39,458 nt of DNA from a bacterium (GTDB taxonomy: Bacteria > Bacteroidota > Bacteroidia > Bacteroidales > Bacteroidaceae), in NCBI GenBank assembly GCA_963661625.1, contig CAVLCM010000001.1, positions 5,649 through 45,106 on the forward strand, in the 5' to 3' direction. The position numbers were made by a program, and so were the translations under genes. Below the pieces are notes generated by a model. It was not told where the DNA came from. It ran no database searches and worked only from the letters and a program-made list of their open reading frames with translations. Below, piece by piece: positions 1 through 10,015 of this stretch (positions are counted from its first letter, which is position 1; every line of letters starts with the position of its first letter).

Positions 1-31
1 ACCCTCATGACGTACGTTCACTCATCGCATA
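1..31 (+). repeat. Truncated 3' end of a 23-bp-period array; identical to 15579-15609
   Basis: ACCCTCATGACGTACGTTCACTCATCGCATA occurs at 1-31 and 15579-15609; cut by the window edge. Confidence 0.95.
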
Positions 32-74
32 AATGTACGCTCTGATTTTCAACGTAAGCATCCCATACAAGCCG

Positions 75-153
75 TATTGCTGTCCGCTAAAAACAAGCCC
101 AACACATTGCTTAGGTTTTCCATCCCCGCCGTCGCAATTTTTTGCGACGGCGG
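75..153 (+). repeat. Dispersed ~70-bp block X, copy 1
   Basis: TGTCCGCTAAAAACAAGCCCAACACATTGCTTAGGTTTTC...GCAATTTTTTGCG aligns with 15325-15395. Confidence 0.85.
126..153. terminator. GC-rich hairpin just 3' of the giant gene (terminator or RNA 3'-end stabiliser)
   Basis: Perfect 12-bp stem CCGCCGTCGCAA/TTGCGACGGCGG with 4-nt loop, 6 nt beyond the stop at 160; no clear U-tract on the minus strand. Confidence 0.55.
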
Positions 154-159
154 AGCGTT

Positions 160-3100
160 TCAATCCACCGTCACTTTGCAAACGTTTTGCAGGGTGGCTG
201 TGCGTGCGTCTATAACGTAAACGCCGGTGGGGAGTTTTACGGTGACGCTCGGCGTGTAGGGCGTGAGGCGGTAAAGCTCGCGCCCGGCGGCATCCACTAT
301 CTGTACGTAGGTGAGGGGATGCGTGCTGAGCGAATGCACCGTGAGGCGGCCCGTGTGGTCAACTGTGCAGTAGGGGAGGGCACCCGCCACGTTGTCGTCG
401 GCCGGGTCGGGCTGCTCCGAGGAGAGGATAAAGAAACGTCCTGAGTGCAAGCCCGGCAGGGTGATGGTTGTCTCGCCCTGCGCATCGGCGGCGAGGGTGA
501 GTGGCGTGAGCTGCCCCGTCTGGCCGTCGAGCAGCGAGAGCGTTTCGCTGAACGTATTGAGGCCCGAGAACGTCACCTCGCACGGTTCGGCGGAGTTGCT
601 CGAAATGCCCAGCGGCACGCGCTGCATCGTGCGGCGCACGTTGACCGTGGTGGCGGCGCTGTCGGCCACAGTGTAGACGGTAGGCGTTGCGGCAAGCGTG
701 TTGTCGAGCAACGTCTGCATGTCCTCGCTGCCGATGAAGCGGTTGCTTGCCTCCTCGTTCTTCACCACAATGGCCTCGCTCTGCAAACTGTTGCGCACGG
801 CACGGATGCGGAGCATAGGCACGGAGGGCTCAGACGTTTCCTCAACTGTTGCCTGCTGTGTGCGGAACAGTTTGTGGTTGGCTTGCAGGTCGATGCGGTT
901 GTCCGACGTGTTCGAATAATTGTCCGTCTGCATGGCCGTTGTGAACGTCACGGTGAGTTCCGTCCCGTCGGTCGTAGCCTCCACGAAGAAGCCCTGTCCC
1001 GGAGCCACCTTGCCGCTCACACCCGTGTTGTTCACGGCAATCCAGCCCGTGGCGTTGTCGCCGCGCATCACGGCCGACTGCCCTTCCTTGGTCAGGAGCC
1101 AGTAGCGGCGTTGCAGCTGCGTGTTGGCATCGAAGAAGGCGTTCATATCCATGGCGCAGGGGAAGGGATTGCCCACGAGGAAGAAGCGGTTGGCCGCCGT
1201 GTTGTTCGTCACCTTTTGCGTGAACGATGCGCTCGAAGCCAGCAAGTCCGTGTTGAACCGTCCCGTCAGGTCGAGGCCCTCGGCGTTTGTGCGCGTCACG
1301 GTGGTGGTGTGGTGTTCGTAGCCGTCGACGGCATCGTGCTTGTAGTAGTCGTACGAAGCGTCCTCCTTCGGCAGGCGGAAGAGTATGTCGGCATACGTCT
1401 TTCCGCCCTTGCCCTCAGTATTCGTTTTGAGCGAGAAGCCGCCCGTGTCGTAGTGAGCGTCCACGTCGTTGTACGTGCCGCTCCAGTCGGCGCGGATAGC
1501 CACGTCGGCCGAGCCGGTGGTTGTGGTGCTGCCGTTTTGCAGGTAGTAAACCGTTGCCGTGGCCTTGTCCCACCCGCGCTGGTAGACAGCCGGCGAGAAG
1601 CGGTTGTAGTCCGTCGTGTTGAACGTCACGCTTTGGAACATCTCCGTCTGCTGCTTGCCTGTAGCCGTCGGGGCGTACCAGTCGCCGGCCAGCATGGAGC
1701 GGAAGGGCGAGCCAAGCGTATACCAACGGCCGGCAGCCACATTGTATTCCATCCACGCCTTTTTGTATTCGAGCAGTTCGGCGTGCTGCAACGACCCCTT
1801 GTGTTGTATGAGGATGTTCTTGCACGTGTTGGTATAGATAGGCACGCACTCGTAAACGAGCGTTGTGCCGTCCTTGGTGGTCTTCGCCGACACCTCGCTG
1901 TCAACGGCAAGGTCGTATTCAAGGTTCACCGTGTGCGTACCCGTAAATGCGCTACTGCCCGTGCTGCTGTCTAAGTCGCCGCCGTCCGTGCCGTCGCTCC
2001 CCGTCTGCTTGAACACGAGGAACTTCGTCGCGTCGTGGTTGTTCTCCACTTCGTAGAGGGCAGGCAGGTCGTAGTCGGTGCTGAGTTCGGGGATAATCAC
2101 GTTTGTCGACCCGATAGGGACGTAGCCGTGGTTTCCGCCGTTCTCCTCGTTTGTCGGGTAGCTGTCAGCGTCGTCCTTGAATATCTCGTCCTTGTCGGCG
2201 CGCGCCCAGTTGTGGTCGTTGCTCCAGTCGGGACTGCCCGCGTCGCCCGTCCACTTCTGGTACTCCGGCACGATGCAGATGCGGAAAGCCAATGCGCCGT
2301 CGCACACGGCCTTTTCCTCGTCCGTCTTGACGTGTCCGTCCTCAAACTGCTCCTCGAAGCCCATGCGGAACTCGTAGTAGAAGCCCTCGCGCGGCTCGAA
2401 GTCCTTGAATAGGTAAATGTCGGCGTAAGCCTCGGGCTGGTCGGCATCGGTCTTGCCCTCGATGTCCTTGGGCGCTTGGATGTCGTAGATTTCGCCCACG
2501 ACGCGGAAGTCGATGATGCTGTCGCTCTCGTTGTAGATGCGCGTCTGGTCGTCGTTGGTGCCAACGAGGTAGAGCGGGGCAAACGATACGCCGTCGCGCT
2601 CAATCTTCTTCAAGCCGAGCGAATTGCTGTTGATTACTGTGATGTTGCGCAGAGGCAGGCGCAGCATGTGCGCCGGGCGGTTCGTTTCGTCCTCGCCCTG
2701 AATGCCCGTCGAGGCATTGGTCAGGAACGATTTGCCCACGCGCAGTTCGGCCACGTTCTTCGAGCTGGGGTACGCGCTCTGCTTGTCGCGGAAGCCCACG
2801 TACATCGTCGGAGCCAGGCCCGTTATCTGCACGTGCATGTATTGCGGGTCGTAGCAGTAGACGATGGTGTCGCTCTCCTCCTCCTGGATGGGCAGCAGCG
2901 TGAGCGTCGACGTGGTGCCGAGCGTGGACTGCGGAATGCTCACGTTGAGCGAGTGGGAGTAGAGGTGGAGCGTGGCTATGTGTCCGGCCGTGACGAGGTT
3001 GCCCTCAGCGTCGTATGCGTCGGTGACGGCCTGCGTGAGCTGTTGCAGGCCCAGGAGCATAGCCTCCGTGAGCGGATAGTCCGCGTCGGTGGGTTGGGGC

Positions 3101-6100
3101 GTAAGTCCCTTGGGCGAAGTGGCCTTGGGGTAGTGGTGGCGGAAGTTGACGAGAGCCTCCCTTACGCTCGTTTCGCCCGACTGAGCAATGCCGTCGGTGT
3201 GCTCCACGAAGTTGCCGTACTCGTCGATGAAGGCGTGGGCAATGTCGCACTGCACGTAGTCGAGCCACCAGTCGTACATCGGCATTTTGCTGACCACGGC
3301 ACCCGTGTTCGTGTTGATGCCGACGAGCTTGGCCGTGATGTTCACGTTTTGGTTGGCGCACACCTTGATGGTGTCGTCCACCGAGGCGTTGTCGCCGCCG
3401 TCGTCGAGGAACGTCACCGACTTGGCCGTGATGAACTCCGACATCACGCAGCAGCGGTCGCCAATCTGGAACTCCTCAGCGGCATTGGAGGCCGTGATGG
3501 TGATGTTGCCGTAGCGCGGCACGAAGATGAGGTAGTACTGGTGGTTGCCTTGCAGGTTGGTGCCGCTCATCTTGTCGCTGATGATCATGCGGCGCACGCC
3601 GTCGCTTCCCGTTTCGCGCGAGATGACACCCTCCGTCAGTTCCTCGCCGAGAATGTTCTTGTAGTTGAACACGGGCAGGTCGTTGTAGTGCGTAGAGAAC
3701 TTCACGCTGCGGAAGGCACGGTCGGCTCCGCTGGTGGTGTTGGGGTTGCCCACGAGAGCCTTGAAGAAAGCCTGTTTGGCGTTGGCCGTGGTGGCGGCTT
3801 TGGCCAGTTCCGTGTCGTAGACGTTCTTGTCGACCATGCAATACCACATCTGCGGCGTACCCGTTTCGGGGTCTTCGTTCTCCTTCAAACCGAGGGTGTT
3901 GAGCATACCGTCGAAGTCGGTGGTCAGCTTGGCGAGTGTCACCTGCTGTCCGCAGACGGGTGTGGTGCGCTCAATGCTTACCGAGGGCGAGAGGGCGTAC
4001 ATCGAGATTTCGTCAATCATGATGTCGCCGCCCTTGGAGTCGGTACAAGCGTTGTTCAGCACCAGTTCGTAGCGAGTGTAGGTGTGCAAACCGTTGTTGA
4101 TGAACGAGAAGTACACCTGCTGCCAAATGCCGAGTGTGTCGCTGCCGGTCTGGGTGGTTCCGTCGGCGTTTCGTGCGATGCAGAAGATGGGGCCGGGGCA
4201 GTAGCTGTAGAGTTGTTCGCTCTGCTCTTGGCCCGTTTCGTCGGTGTAGATGCCCTGCACGGTGAACACCACGTTGGCCGGGGAAATTGTGGTGTCGTTG
4301 GGCGAGGCCATCCACGCCGAGAAGAAGAGGCGCGAACCCTGGCAGAGCGTGCCGTCGTAGGAGAGCGAAACAATCTGGCCGGGAAGTTCGGAGGCATCGA
4401 TGTAGAGGAATGCCGAATTGTCGGCGTTGGCGAAGCGTTCGCTCAGGGTGGGGTAGTACGTCTTGTAGTACTGTTGCAGGGACGTGTTCTCCTTATGGTT
4501 CTTCACGATGGAGTAAGAACCCCACGTGTTTTCCGCGCCGTTGTAGGTACAAGGTTCAAAGGCATAAGTAGACATGTTGAACTGCACGGGCAGGGCAAAG
4601 GTGTTTGCCACTTCCGCATTGGGAGTACTCATAGAGCCTTTTAGCACATTAGCCGAACCGAAGGGCGGCGTGCGGTAGGTGCTGAATTTGTCGAACTGGA
4701 AACTAATCTGTGCACGTGCACTGCCGTACTGCTGTTCGAGGGCAAGGGGCGCGCGCTGGTCCTTGAAGGCGGTGGCGGTGGAGTCGGTATAGCCCAGCAC
4801 CTCGTTGACGGGGCGCGGCTCGCTCGCGTCGTTGAAGAGGAGCGTGAACTTAGCCAGCTGGTAGCGGATGGCATCGGTGCCGTCGTCGTCCTTCACCACG
4901 GCATATACCTTCACGATGGCCGTGTCGCCGAGGGCCATACCCATGTCGCCCGAGGCGGCGAAGGAGCCTTTCACGCCGTTGCCGTCGGTGCCGAGCTTGG
5001 GGTAGAGGAAGGTCAAAAATCGCGACTTGCTGAGGTCGGAGTCTGCATTGGTGGCTCCGTCCATGGGGCGGCTGGTGGTGCCGGCGTTGTCGGAGGCGGT
5101 GTAGGAGAGACCTATGCCGGCGGAGTTGTGCTCGGAGTCGATGACGAACTCAATGTGGGAATAGGACGTGATGTTCTGCAAGTCGGCATTGGCGTGCTCT
5201 ATGTCCTGCTTCGTGTAGGAGGCTTTGGAGGTGTAGAACCAGTAGTCCTGGAGCTGGAGGTTGAAGGGCACGGTGCAGTTTTTGAAGTTCACCTTCTTCT
5301 TGGGGAAGGCAACGGTGTGCGTTTCAAGCCAGCGGTCGCCAGCGTTGCCCTCCACGCAGAGGCGCATGGAGTCGGCCATCTCGCGGGCGTTGTGGATGAC
5401 GAAGAGGCAGCGGTTGGAGAGGGTGGGCTCCACGAGGTTGGCGTTTTGGGGAATGGTGGTGCCGGAGGTGGTGGTGGAGGCGTCGTACTTCACGCCGTTG
5501 TCGCCGAAGTAGTCCACAAAGTCGCTGTACTCGCTCATGTCCAAGGCCACGGTGTAGCGGTAGCCCGATGGCGTTTGGAAAGGCATCTGAAAGGTGAAGC
5601 CGTTGGCAATGTAGCTGCCCGACGTTTGGTTGTTCAGGCAGAGGTTGGCGCCGAACACGGTACCGTTTTTGTAGGCGCGACGGCTTGCGAAGGTGGGGAT
5701 AATGCGGAAGTTGCTGAAGTTGCATCCCGTTTCGTAGTCGTACAAGCGCTGGTAGAGGCGCATATTCGTAGGACTATACGTGGGGCGGCCTTTCTCATAA
5801 AGGATGGACGGCAGGTAGAGCGTGCGCACGGTACCGTCCTTGAGGTAGTGGTGCACGGTGTAGACGTTGGTGGCCTGCTCCTTCTCGCCCGTGTAGGCGT
5901 TGGTGGTGAAACCGTAGTCGGCGTCGGGCTGCACCATGTAGTTGGGGAGCGACTGCGTTTCGCTCTGCGCACGGTAAACGAAGTAGGAACGTTTGGGCAG
6001 GATTTCGTAGGCGGAGTAGTCCTCGGGCTGGCTGAAACTCCAGCTTGCCACCTTCATGCGAGCCGTATTGTCGTCGGTGAGGCCCACGCAGGTCTTGCCG

Positions 6101-9100
6101 TCGGCGGGGAAGTAGTAGATGTATTTGTCTCTGTAGTCGGCTATTGCTTCATCGTCGTCCAAACCGCTGCTCTTGAGCTGCACGGCAAAGCTGCCGGCGG
6201 CGAGGTCGGCGTCGGTTCCGGAAATGTAGAAGTGGGCTGCTTCGTCGCGGTTGATGGTGGTGGAGAAGCGTGCCGGAGTAACGTCGGGGTCTTTGTTCCA
6301 GCAGAGGTACACGCTGTCGCGGCTCATCATGACGAAGTCGTTGTGCGTACCGCTGAAACTCCAGAGCTGACTGTTGTAAGGCTCGGAGTATTCGGTAGAG
6401 AGTTTGTCGTGGCCGTTGGCGTCGAAAGCACCGTCGTCGTTGTCGGTGAGGAATTTGGACGTGTCGGCAGAGAGGGTCACATAGTAGTACGTGCCCTCTT
6501 CATCGTTGCTGAAGTTTACGGTTACTTGCGTTGAGAAATAGATGGCAGCGAAGGCGGAAGCCTTGTAGTCGGCATAGGTGCCGAGGGTGAGCGAACCGTC
6601 GTCGTTGCGGACAATGCACTGCGAGCTTTCCGTGGGCGAGGCGTATGAGCCATCGTCGTTGCGGGTGAGGAGCACGAAGGACCACGTCACGTAGTTGCCC
6701 TCGTGAAGGTTGGGGAAGAGGGCGAAGTGGGCGGCGGTGGCGGTATCTGCGGCTGTGGTGAAACTTTGTGTTGTTTCGTCATAGGCAAGGAAAGAACCAT
6801 TGGCAGCGCGGAGCACGAAGTTGTCGTCCGAACCGATGTTGGTCCAGCAGCGTTGGGTGATGTCGCTGGTGGAGGTGCCGGTTGTGGTTGTCGGGGTGGC
6901 GTCGGTCTGTGTGCCGTTTGTGATGTAGGGCACATCGTCGAGGTATTTAAATTGTAGGAAGCGGAGCGCACCGCCTTCTTCTTCGTAGAAGGTGGGACGG
7001 AGTTCGACGGGTTCAATGACGAGGTAGCCAGCGTCTTTGTTGGGCGAGCCGACGGTGAACGTGCCGTTGTTGTAGTAGACCACGTTGTTCGTGCCGAGGG
7101 AAGAGTCGATGATTTCTATCTGCCAGTTGAGGTATTTGGCATCGTTCTCCACGAGGCGTACGCGGGCGGCAGCCGACTTGTCGGTGGTGGTGATGCAGCG
7201 GGAGTTTGTGGCATCGTAGGCAAGGTAGCGGCCGGCGTAGGAACGGAGGTACACGTCGCCGTTGTCGTCGGCGGTGTCGTAGGTTTCGAAGAACCAGAAG
7301 TCGTTGCCGTTGTCCTGCTTTTTGAAGGTTGAAGCGCGGTGCTCGGAGAGTGCTTTAGTGGAAAGGGCCTGGGCATCGCTGTCGGTGGTGCTTCCGTCTA
7401 CGAGGACGAGCTGCGAGGCATTGGTGAAGATGCGGTAGGCTTGCGCCTTCTGCCCGTTGAAACTATAGTTGGGATAGGTGGGCGCATTGGGCATCACGTA
7501 GTAGCGGAGCGTGGAGTAGCGCGTGCTGGCATTGCCCCATTTCAGGGCATAGCTCGTCTGCGCCGTACCTTGGAAGTCGACGCTAAGGACCTGCATGCCG
7601 TCGGTGGAAAAGAGTTCCGCACGGTAGCAGTTGTTGTTTTCGTAAGAGTTGGCAATATTCTTGAAGCGGTAGGCATCGGCTTCGTTGGTGCTGGTGCCGA
7701 AGCCGTCAGTTGCGTTGTAGGTCAGGTAAAGTCCGTTGCCCGACTTCAAGGTGCGGTAGTGACCCTTGCGTTGCAAAGACCAGTGCGCGCCTTTCTCCTC
7801 TGCGGCGGACACGTCGGTGCGGGCGGAAGGTGCAGCACCAGTGAGGGAGTTGTCGGAAAACAGCACCGAACCGAGGGCGCTGAAGAAGCGGTAGACGTAG
7901 GAGGTGTCGGTCTCGGCTGGTACGAAGGCGATGCGGTTGTTCAAGTTGTTGTATTTGCCCTTACCGTTGACCATACCGTTGGCTTCGTTTTCGGGGACAC
8001 GGTTGCTCGTTCCGCCCAGAGTATTGTCGTAGCCGTAGAACATGAAGTTGTTGAAACTGCTGTTCGTCACGTTCTTTATCTGCCAGAAGTTTACCCAGAT
8101 GGAGTCGGTCTTCGTCAGGCTGGGCACAAGGCGCAGGCGGGCGGCTTGGGTGGAGTCGGTGGTGAAGGAGAAATTGTCTTTTATTGAACTTTGGGTGAGC
8201 CAGTAGCCGCGCACGTTGTAGAGGCAGAAGTCGCCGTTGCCGTCGTCGGTGCTTACGGGCACCCATTGGTAAGGCTCGTTGTTGAAGGTGCCGGCGGTGA
8301 AGGCGTCGCGGGTGTTGTTTTGGTTGCCAAGGACGTAGACTTGGGTCGCTCCTGCATCGGCCCTGACATGGGCATAGCCTGTGCCACTTGCCCAGAAGGT
8401 GCAAAAGGTGTAGGCAATACTGTCGAGGAGCAGACGGTCGGGACCTAAGATATGCTCCGTAAAGCCCATGGCGGCATAGCGCGTGCCGGTATCAACGAGG
8501 GCGAACTTGCCGCTCTCGTCCACACCGAGCGATTTCGCCGTATTGTCGGCGAGTCGTAAATTGAAGAGAGTGGATGTTTCTGCGGAATAGTAGGTGTCGT
8601 AATCCACGCTGAACACCGTGCCGTCGTCTTCTGTGTTGGTGGCAGTGAAGCCCTTGCTGCTTGCCACGAGGTAGCGGTTGTTGTAGCTTCGGAGGCGGAA
8701 GAGGGTTTCGTCGTCGGAGGATGCCTTCACCAATTTCCAATGGTAGCCGAGGTCGGTGGGTACGGAGTCGGTCATCACGTCGACGGCGGAGACTGCGCCG
8801 TCCTTTTCGTAGAGGGCTTGGCGGCCTTGGCCGGGGAACTGGACGTAGGAGCCGGTGGTGACACTTTTGCTTTTCTCAATGAACGTCATACGGTTCGAAC
8901 CGCCGCAGTAGCTGCCATGGTTGTTGTCGCCCCATGAATCATTGCTAAACGTATTGCTCGTACCGCCAAACTTTCCGCCGCCGCCCTCGTAGAGGTAGTA
9001 GCCGAGTTTGGCGTTGCGCAGCTGCCAGAAGTCTGCCCAGGTGACATCGGACAGTGTGCTTGCACCTTTGTTGTACTTTACCTCGCCTTGGTCAACGGCA

Positions 9101-9930
9101 TCCACGAGCTGAAATTCCACGGCTTCGCTTAGGTCTGTCGTGGCGGAATAGTACGTGCTCGAACTCGTCTGTTTCAGGTAGTAGCCGGCTGAGTTCTTCA
9201 GAATGAAATTGCCCAAATCGCCCGTTTCCTCCAACAACCAGGCACTTTCCGCTAGGGAAGTGTCATTCTCCGGATAGGCTTGCGGGTCGTGAGAGGTGCA
9301 TGCGGTCAAGTAGCCAAATGTGCTTTGCTCCAACCAATGGAAACCGAGGTTGTAGACGTAGCGGTTGAACATGTCCGACGTCATTTCGGGGAGGTCAGGT
9401 CCTGCCACGGTGCTTTCGGCGAGGTAAACCTGAGCGAAGCGCGAATTGGCTTTCACCACTTGGAGTTCGCCACCACGCACGCCCACAGCTTCGGTGGTAC
9501 TGCCGGGGATGAGGAGCTGGTGGCGCGAGAGCTTTTCGTTGGTGTATTGGTTGGTGTCGGTGCAATAGGTGTTCTCCGCCCACACGAAGGTGGTGGCTTG
9601 CGCCTCGTCGCTGACGGCGGTGAAGGCATTGTTCTCGTAGTGGAGATACAAACCTGCGTCGTTCTTGAGCACAGCGGTAGTCTCGTCGCCCGTCGTGGTG
9701 AACGTGAGGGTCCACTTATAGCCCGTGCCGGAGGGCGTGCCTTTGTCCACTACGGGCGACTGCACTGCGCCGGCCGAGGGGGCGTAGAGCACGGTGCGGC
9801 CCATTCCGCTGAACTGGAAGTAGGCGGTTGTGGTGGAAGTGGTCTGGGCATTAAGCCGAAATGCCGCCATCGGGAAGAGGGCGGCTATGAGGAACAAGTT
9901 CAAAACCAGAAGAAGCGTATGGCGTTTCAT
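160..9930 (-). CDS. Giant (3256 aa) secreted surface protein or putative adhesin with T9SS C-terminal sorting domain
   Basis: Long ORF; signal peptide ...AAFRLNA|QTT (Gln +1); about 8 N-terminal beta-rich repeats; C-terminus LPTGVYVIDARTATLQNVCKVTVD fits the type A T9SS CTD pattern. Confidence 0.85.
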   Translation of the reverse strand: MKRHTLLLVLNLFLIAALFPMAAFRLNAQTTSTTTAYFQFSGMGRTVLYAPSAGAVQSPVVDKGTPSGTGYKWTLTFTTTGDETTAVLKNDAGLYLHYENNAFTAVSDEAQATTFVWAENTYCTDTNQYTNEKLSRHQLLIPGSTTEAVGVRGGELQVVKANSRFAQVYLAESTVAGPDLPEMTSDMFNRYVYNLGFHWLEQSTFGYLTACTSHDPQAYPENDTSLAESAWLLEETGDLGNFILKNSAGYYLKQTSSSTYYSATTDLSEAVEFQLVDAVDQGEVKYNKGASTLSDVTWADFWQLRNAKLGYYLYEGGGGKFGGTSNTFSNDSWGDNNHGSYCGGSNRMTFIEKSKSVTTGSYVQFPGQGRQALYEKDGAVSAVDVMTDSVPTDLGYHWKLVKASSDDETLFRLRSYNNRYLVASSKGFTATNTEDDGTVFSVDYDTYYSAETSTLFNLRLADNTAKSLGVDESGKFALVDTGTRYAAMGFTEHILGPDRLLLDSIAYTFCTFWASGTGYAHVRADAGATQVYVLGNQNNTRDAFTAGTFNNEPYQWVPVSTDDGNGDFCLYNVRGYWLTQSSIKDNFSFTTDSTQAARLRLVPSLTKTDSIWVNFWQIKNVTNSSFNNFMFYGYDNTLGGTSNRVPENEANGMVNGKGKYNNLNNRIAFVPAETDTSYVYRFFSALGSVLFSDNSLTGAAPSARTDVSAAEEKGAHWSLQRKGHYRTLKSGNGLYLTYNATDGFGTSTNEADAYRFKNIANSYENNNCYRAELFSTDGMQVLSVDFQGTAQTSYALKWGNASTRYSTLRYYVMPNAPTYPNYSFNGQKAQAYRIFTNASQLVLVDGSTTDSDAQALSTKALSEHRASTFKKQDNGNDFWFFETYDTADDNGDVYLRSYAGRYLAYDATNSRCITTTDKSAAARVRLVENDAKYLNWQIEIIDSSLGTNNVVYYNNGTFTVGSPNKDAGYLVIEPVELRPTFYEEEGGALRFLQFKYLDDVPYITNGTQTDATPTTTTGTSTSDITQRCWTNIGSDDNFVLRAANGSFLAYDETTQSFTTAADTATAAHFALFPNLHEGNYVTWSFVLLTRNDDGSYASPTESSQCIVRNDDGSLTLGTYADYKASAFAAIYFSTQVTVNFSNDEEGTYYYVTLSADTSKFLTDNDDGAFDANGHDKLSTEYSEPYNSQLWSFSGTHNDFVMMSRDSVYLCWNKDPDVTPARFSTTINRDEAAHFYISGTDADLAAGSFAVQLKSSGLDDDEAIADYRDKYIYYFPADGKTCVGLTDDNTARMKVASWSFSQPEDYSAYEILPKRSYFVYRAQSETQSLPNYMVQPDADYGFTTNAYTGEKEQATNVYTVHHYLKDGTVRTLYLPSILYEKGRPTYSPTNMRLYQRLYDYETGCNFSNFRIIPTFASRRAYKNGTVFGANLCLNNQTSGSYIANGFTFQMPFQTPSGYRYTVALDMSEYSDFVDYFGDNGVKYDASTTTSGTTIPQNANLVEPTLSNRCLFVIHNAREMADSMRLCVEGNAGDRWLETHTVAFPKKKVNFKNCTVPFNLQLQDYWFYTSKASYTKQDIEHANADLQNITSYSHIEFVIDSEHNSAGIGLSYTASDNAGTTSRPMDGATNADSDLSKSRFLTFLYPKLGTDGNGVKGSFAASGDMGMALGDTAIVKVYAVVKDDDGTDAIRYQLAKFTLLFNDASEPRPVNEVLGYTDSTATAFKDQRAPLALEQQYGSARAQISFQFDKFSTYRTPPFGSANVLKGSMSTPNAEVANTFALPVQFNMSTYAFEPCTYNGAENTWGSYSIVKNHKENTSLQQYYKTYYPTLSERFANADNSAFLYIDASELPGQIVSLSYDGTLCQGSRLFFSAWMASPNDTTISPANVVFTVQGIYTDETGQEQSEQLYSYCPGPIFCIARNADGTTQTGSDTLGIWQQVYFSFINNGLHTYTRYELVLNNACTDSKGGDIMIDEISMYALSPSVSIERTTPVCGQQVTLAKLTTDFDGMLNTLGLKENEDPETGTPQMWYCMVDKNVYDTELAKAATTANAKQAFFKALVGNPNTTSGADRAFRSVKFSTHYNDLPVFNYKNILGEELTEGVISRETGSDGVRRMIISDKMSGTNLQGNHQYYLIFVPRYGNITITASNAAEEFQIGDRCCVMSEFITAKSVTFLDDGGDNASVDDTIKVCANQNVNITAKLVGINTNTGAVVSKMPMYDWWLDYVQCDIAHAFIDEYGNFVEHTDGIAQSGETSVREALVNFRHHYPKATSPKGLTPQPTDADYPLTEAMLLGLQQLTQAVTDAYDAEGNLVTAGHIATLHLYSHSLNVSIPQSTLGTTSTLTLLPIQEEESDTIVYCYDPQYMHVQITGLAPTMYVGFRDKQSAYPSSKNVAELRVGKSFLTNASTGIQGEDETNRPAHMLRLPLRNITVINSNSLGLKKIERDGVSFAPLYLVGTNDDQTRIYNESDSIIDFRVVGEIYDIQAPKDIEGKTDADQPEAYADIYLFKDFEPREGFYYEFRMGFEEQFEDGHVKTDEEKAVCDGALAFRICIVPEYQKWTGDAGSPDWSNDHNWARADKDEIFKDDADSYPTNEENGGNHGYVPIGSTNVIIPELSTDYDLPALYEVENNHDATKFLVFKQTGSDGTDGGDLDSSTGSSAFTGTHTVNLEYDLAVDSEVSAKTTKDGTTLVYECVPIYTNTCKNILIQHKGSLQHAELLEYKKAWMEYNVAAGRWYTLGSPFRSMLAGDWYAPTATGKQQTEMFQSVTFNTTDYNRFSPAVYQRGWDKATATVYYLQNGSTTTTGSADVAIRADWSGTYNDVDAHYDTGGFSLKTNTEGKGGKTYADILFRLPKEDASYDYYKHDAVDGYEHHTTTVTRTNAEGLDLTGRFNTDLLASSASFTQKVTNNTAANRFFLVGNPFPCAMDMNAFFDANTQLQRRYWLLTKEGQSAVMRGDNATGWIAVNNTGVSGKVAPGQGFFVEATTDGTELTVTFTTAMQTDNYSNTSDNRIDLQANHKLFRTQQATVEETSEPSVPMLRIRAVRNSLQSEAIVVKNEEASNRFIGSEDMQTLLDNTLAATPTVYTVADSAATTVNVRRTMQRVPLGISSNSAEPCEVTFSGLNTFSETLSLLDGQTGQLTPLTLAADAQGETTITLPGLHSGRFFILSSEQPDPADDNVAGALPYCTVDHTGRLTVHSLSTHPLTYVQIVDAAGRELYRLTPYTPSVTVKLPTGVYVIDARTATLQNVCKVTVD

Positions 9931-10015
9931 AGAGATGAAATGTTATGTTGTTGGGGCGTTTGCCCCGTGGCGTTTCATTTGTCGGGATAGGGTCGTTGCC
10001 CAATGTCGTAAGGGG

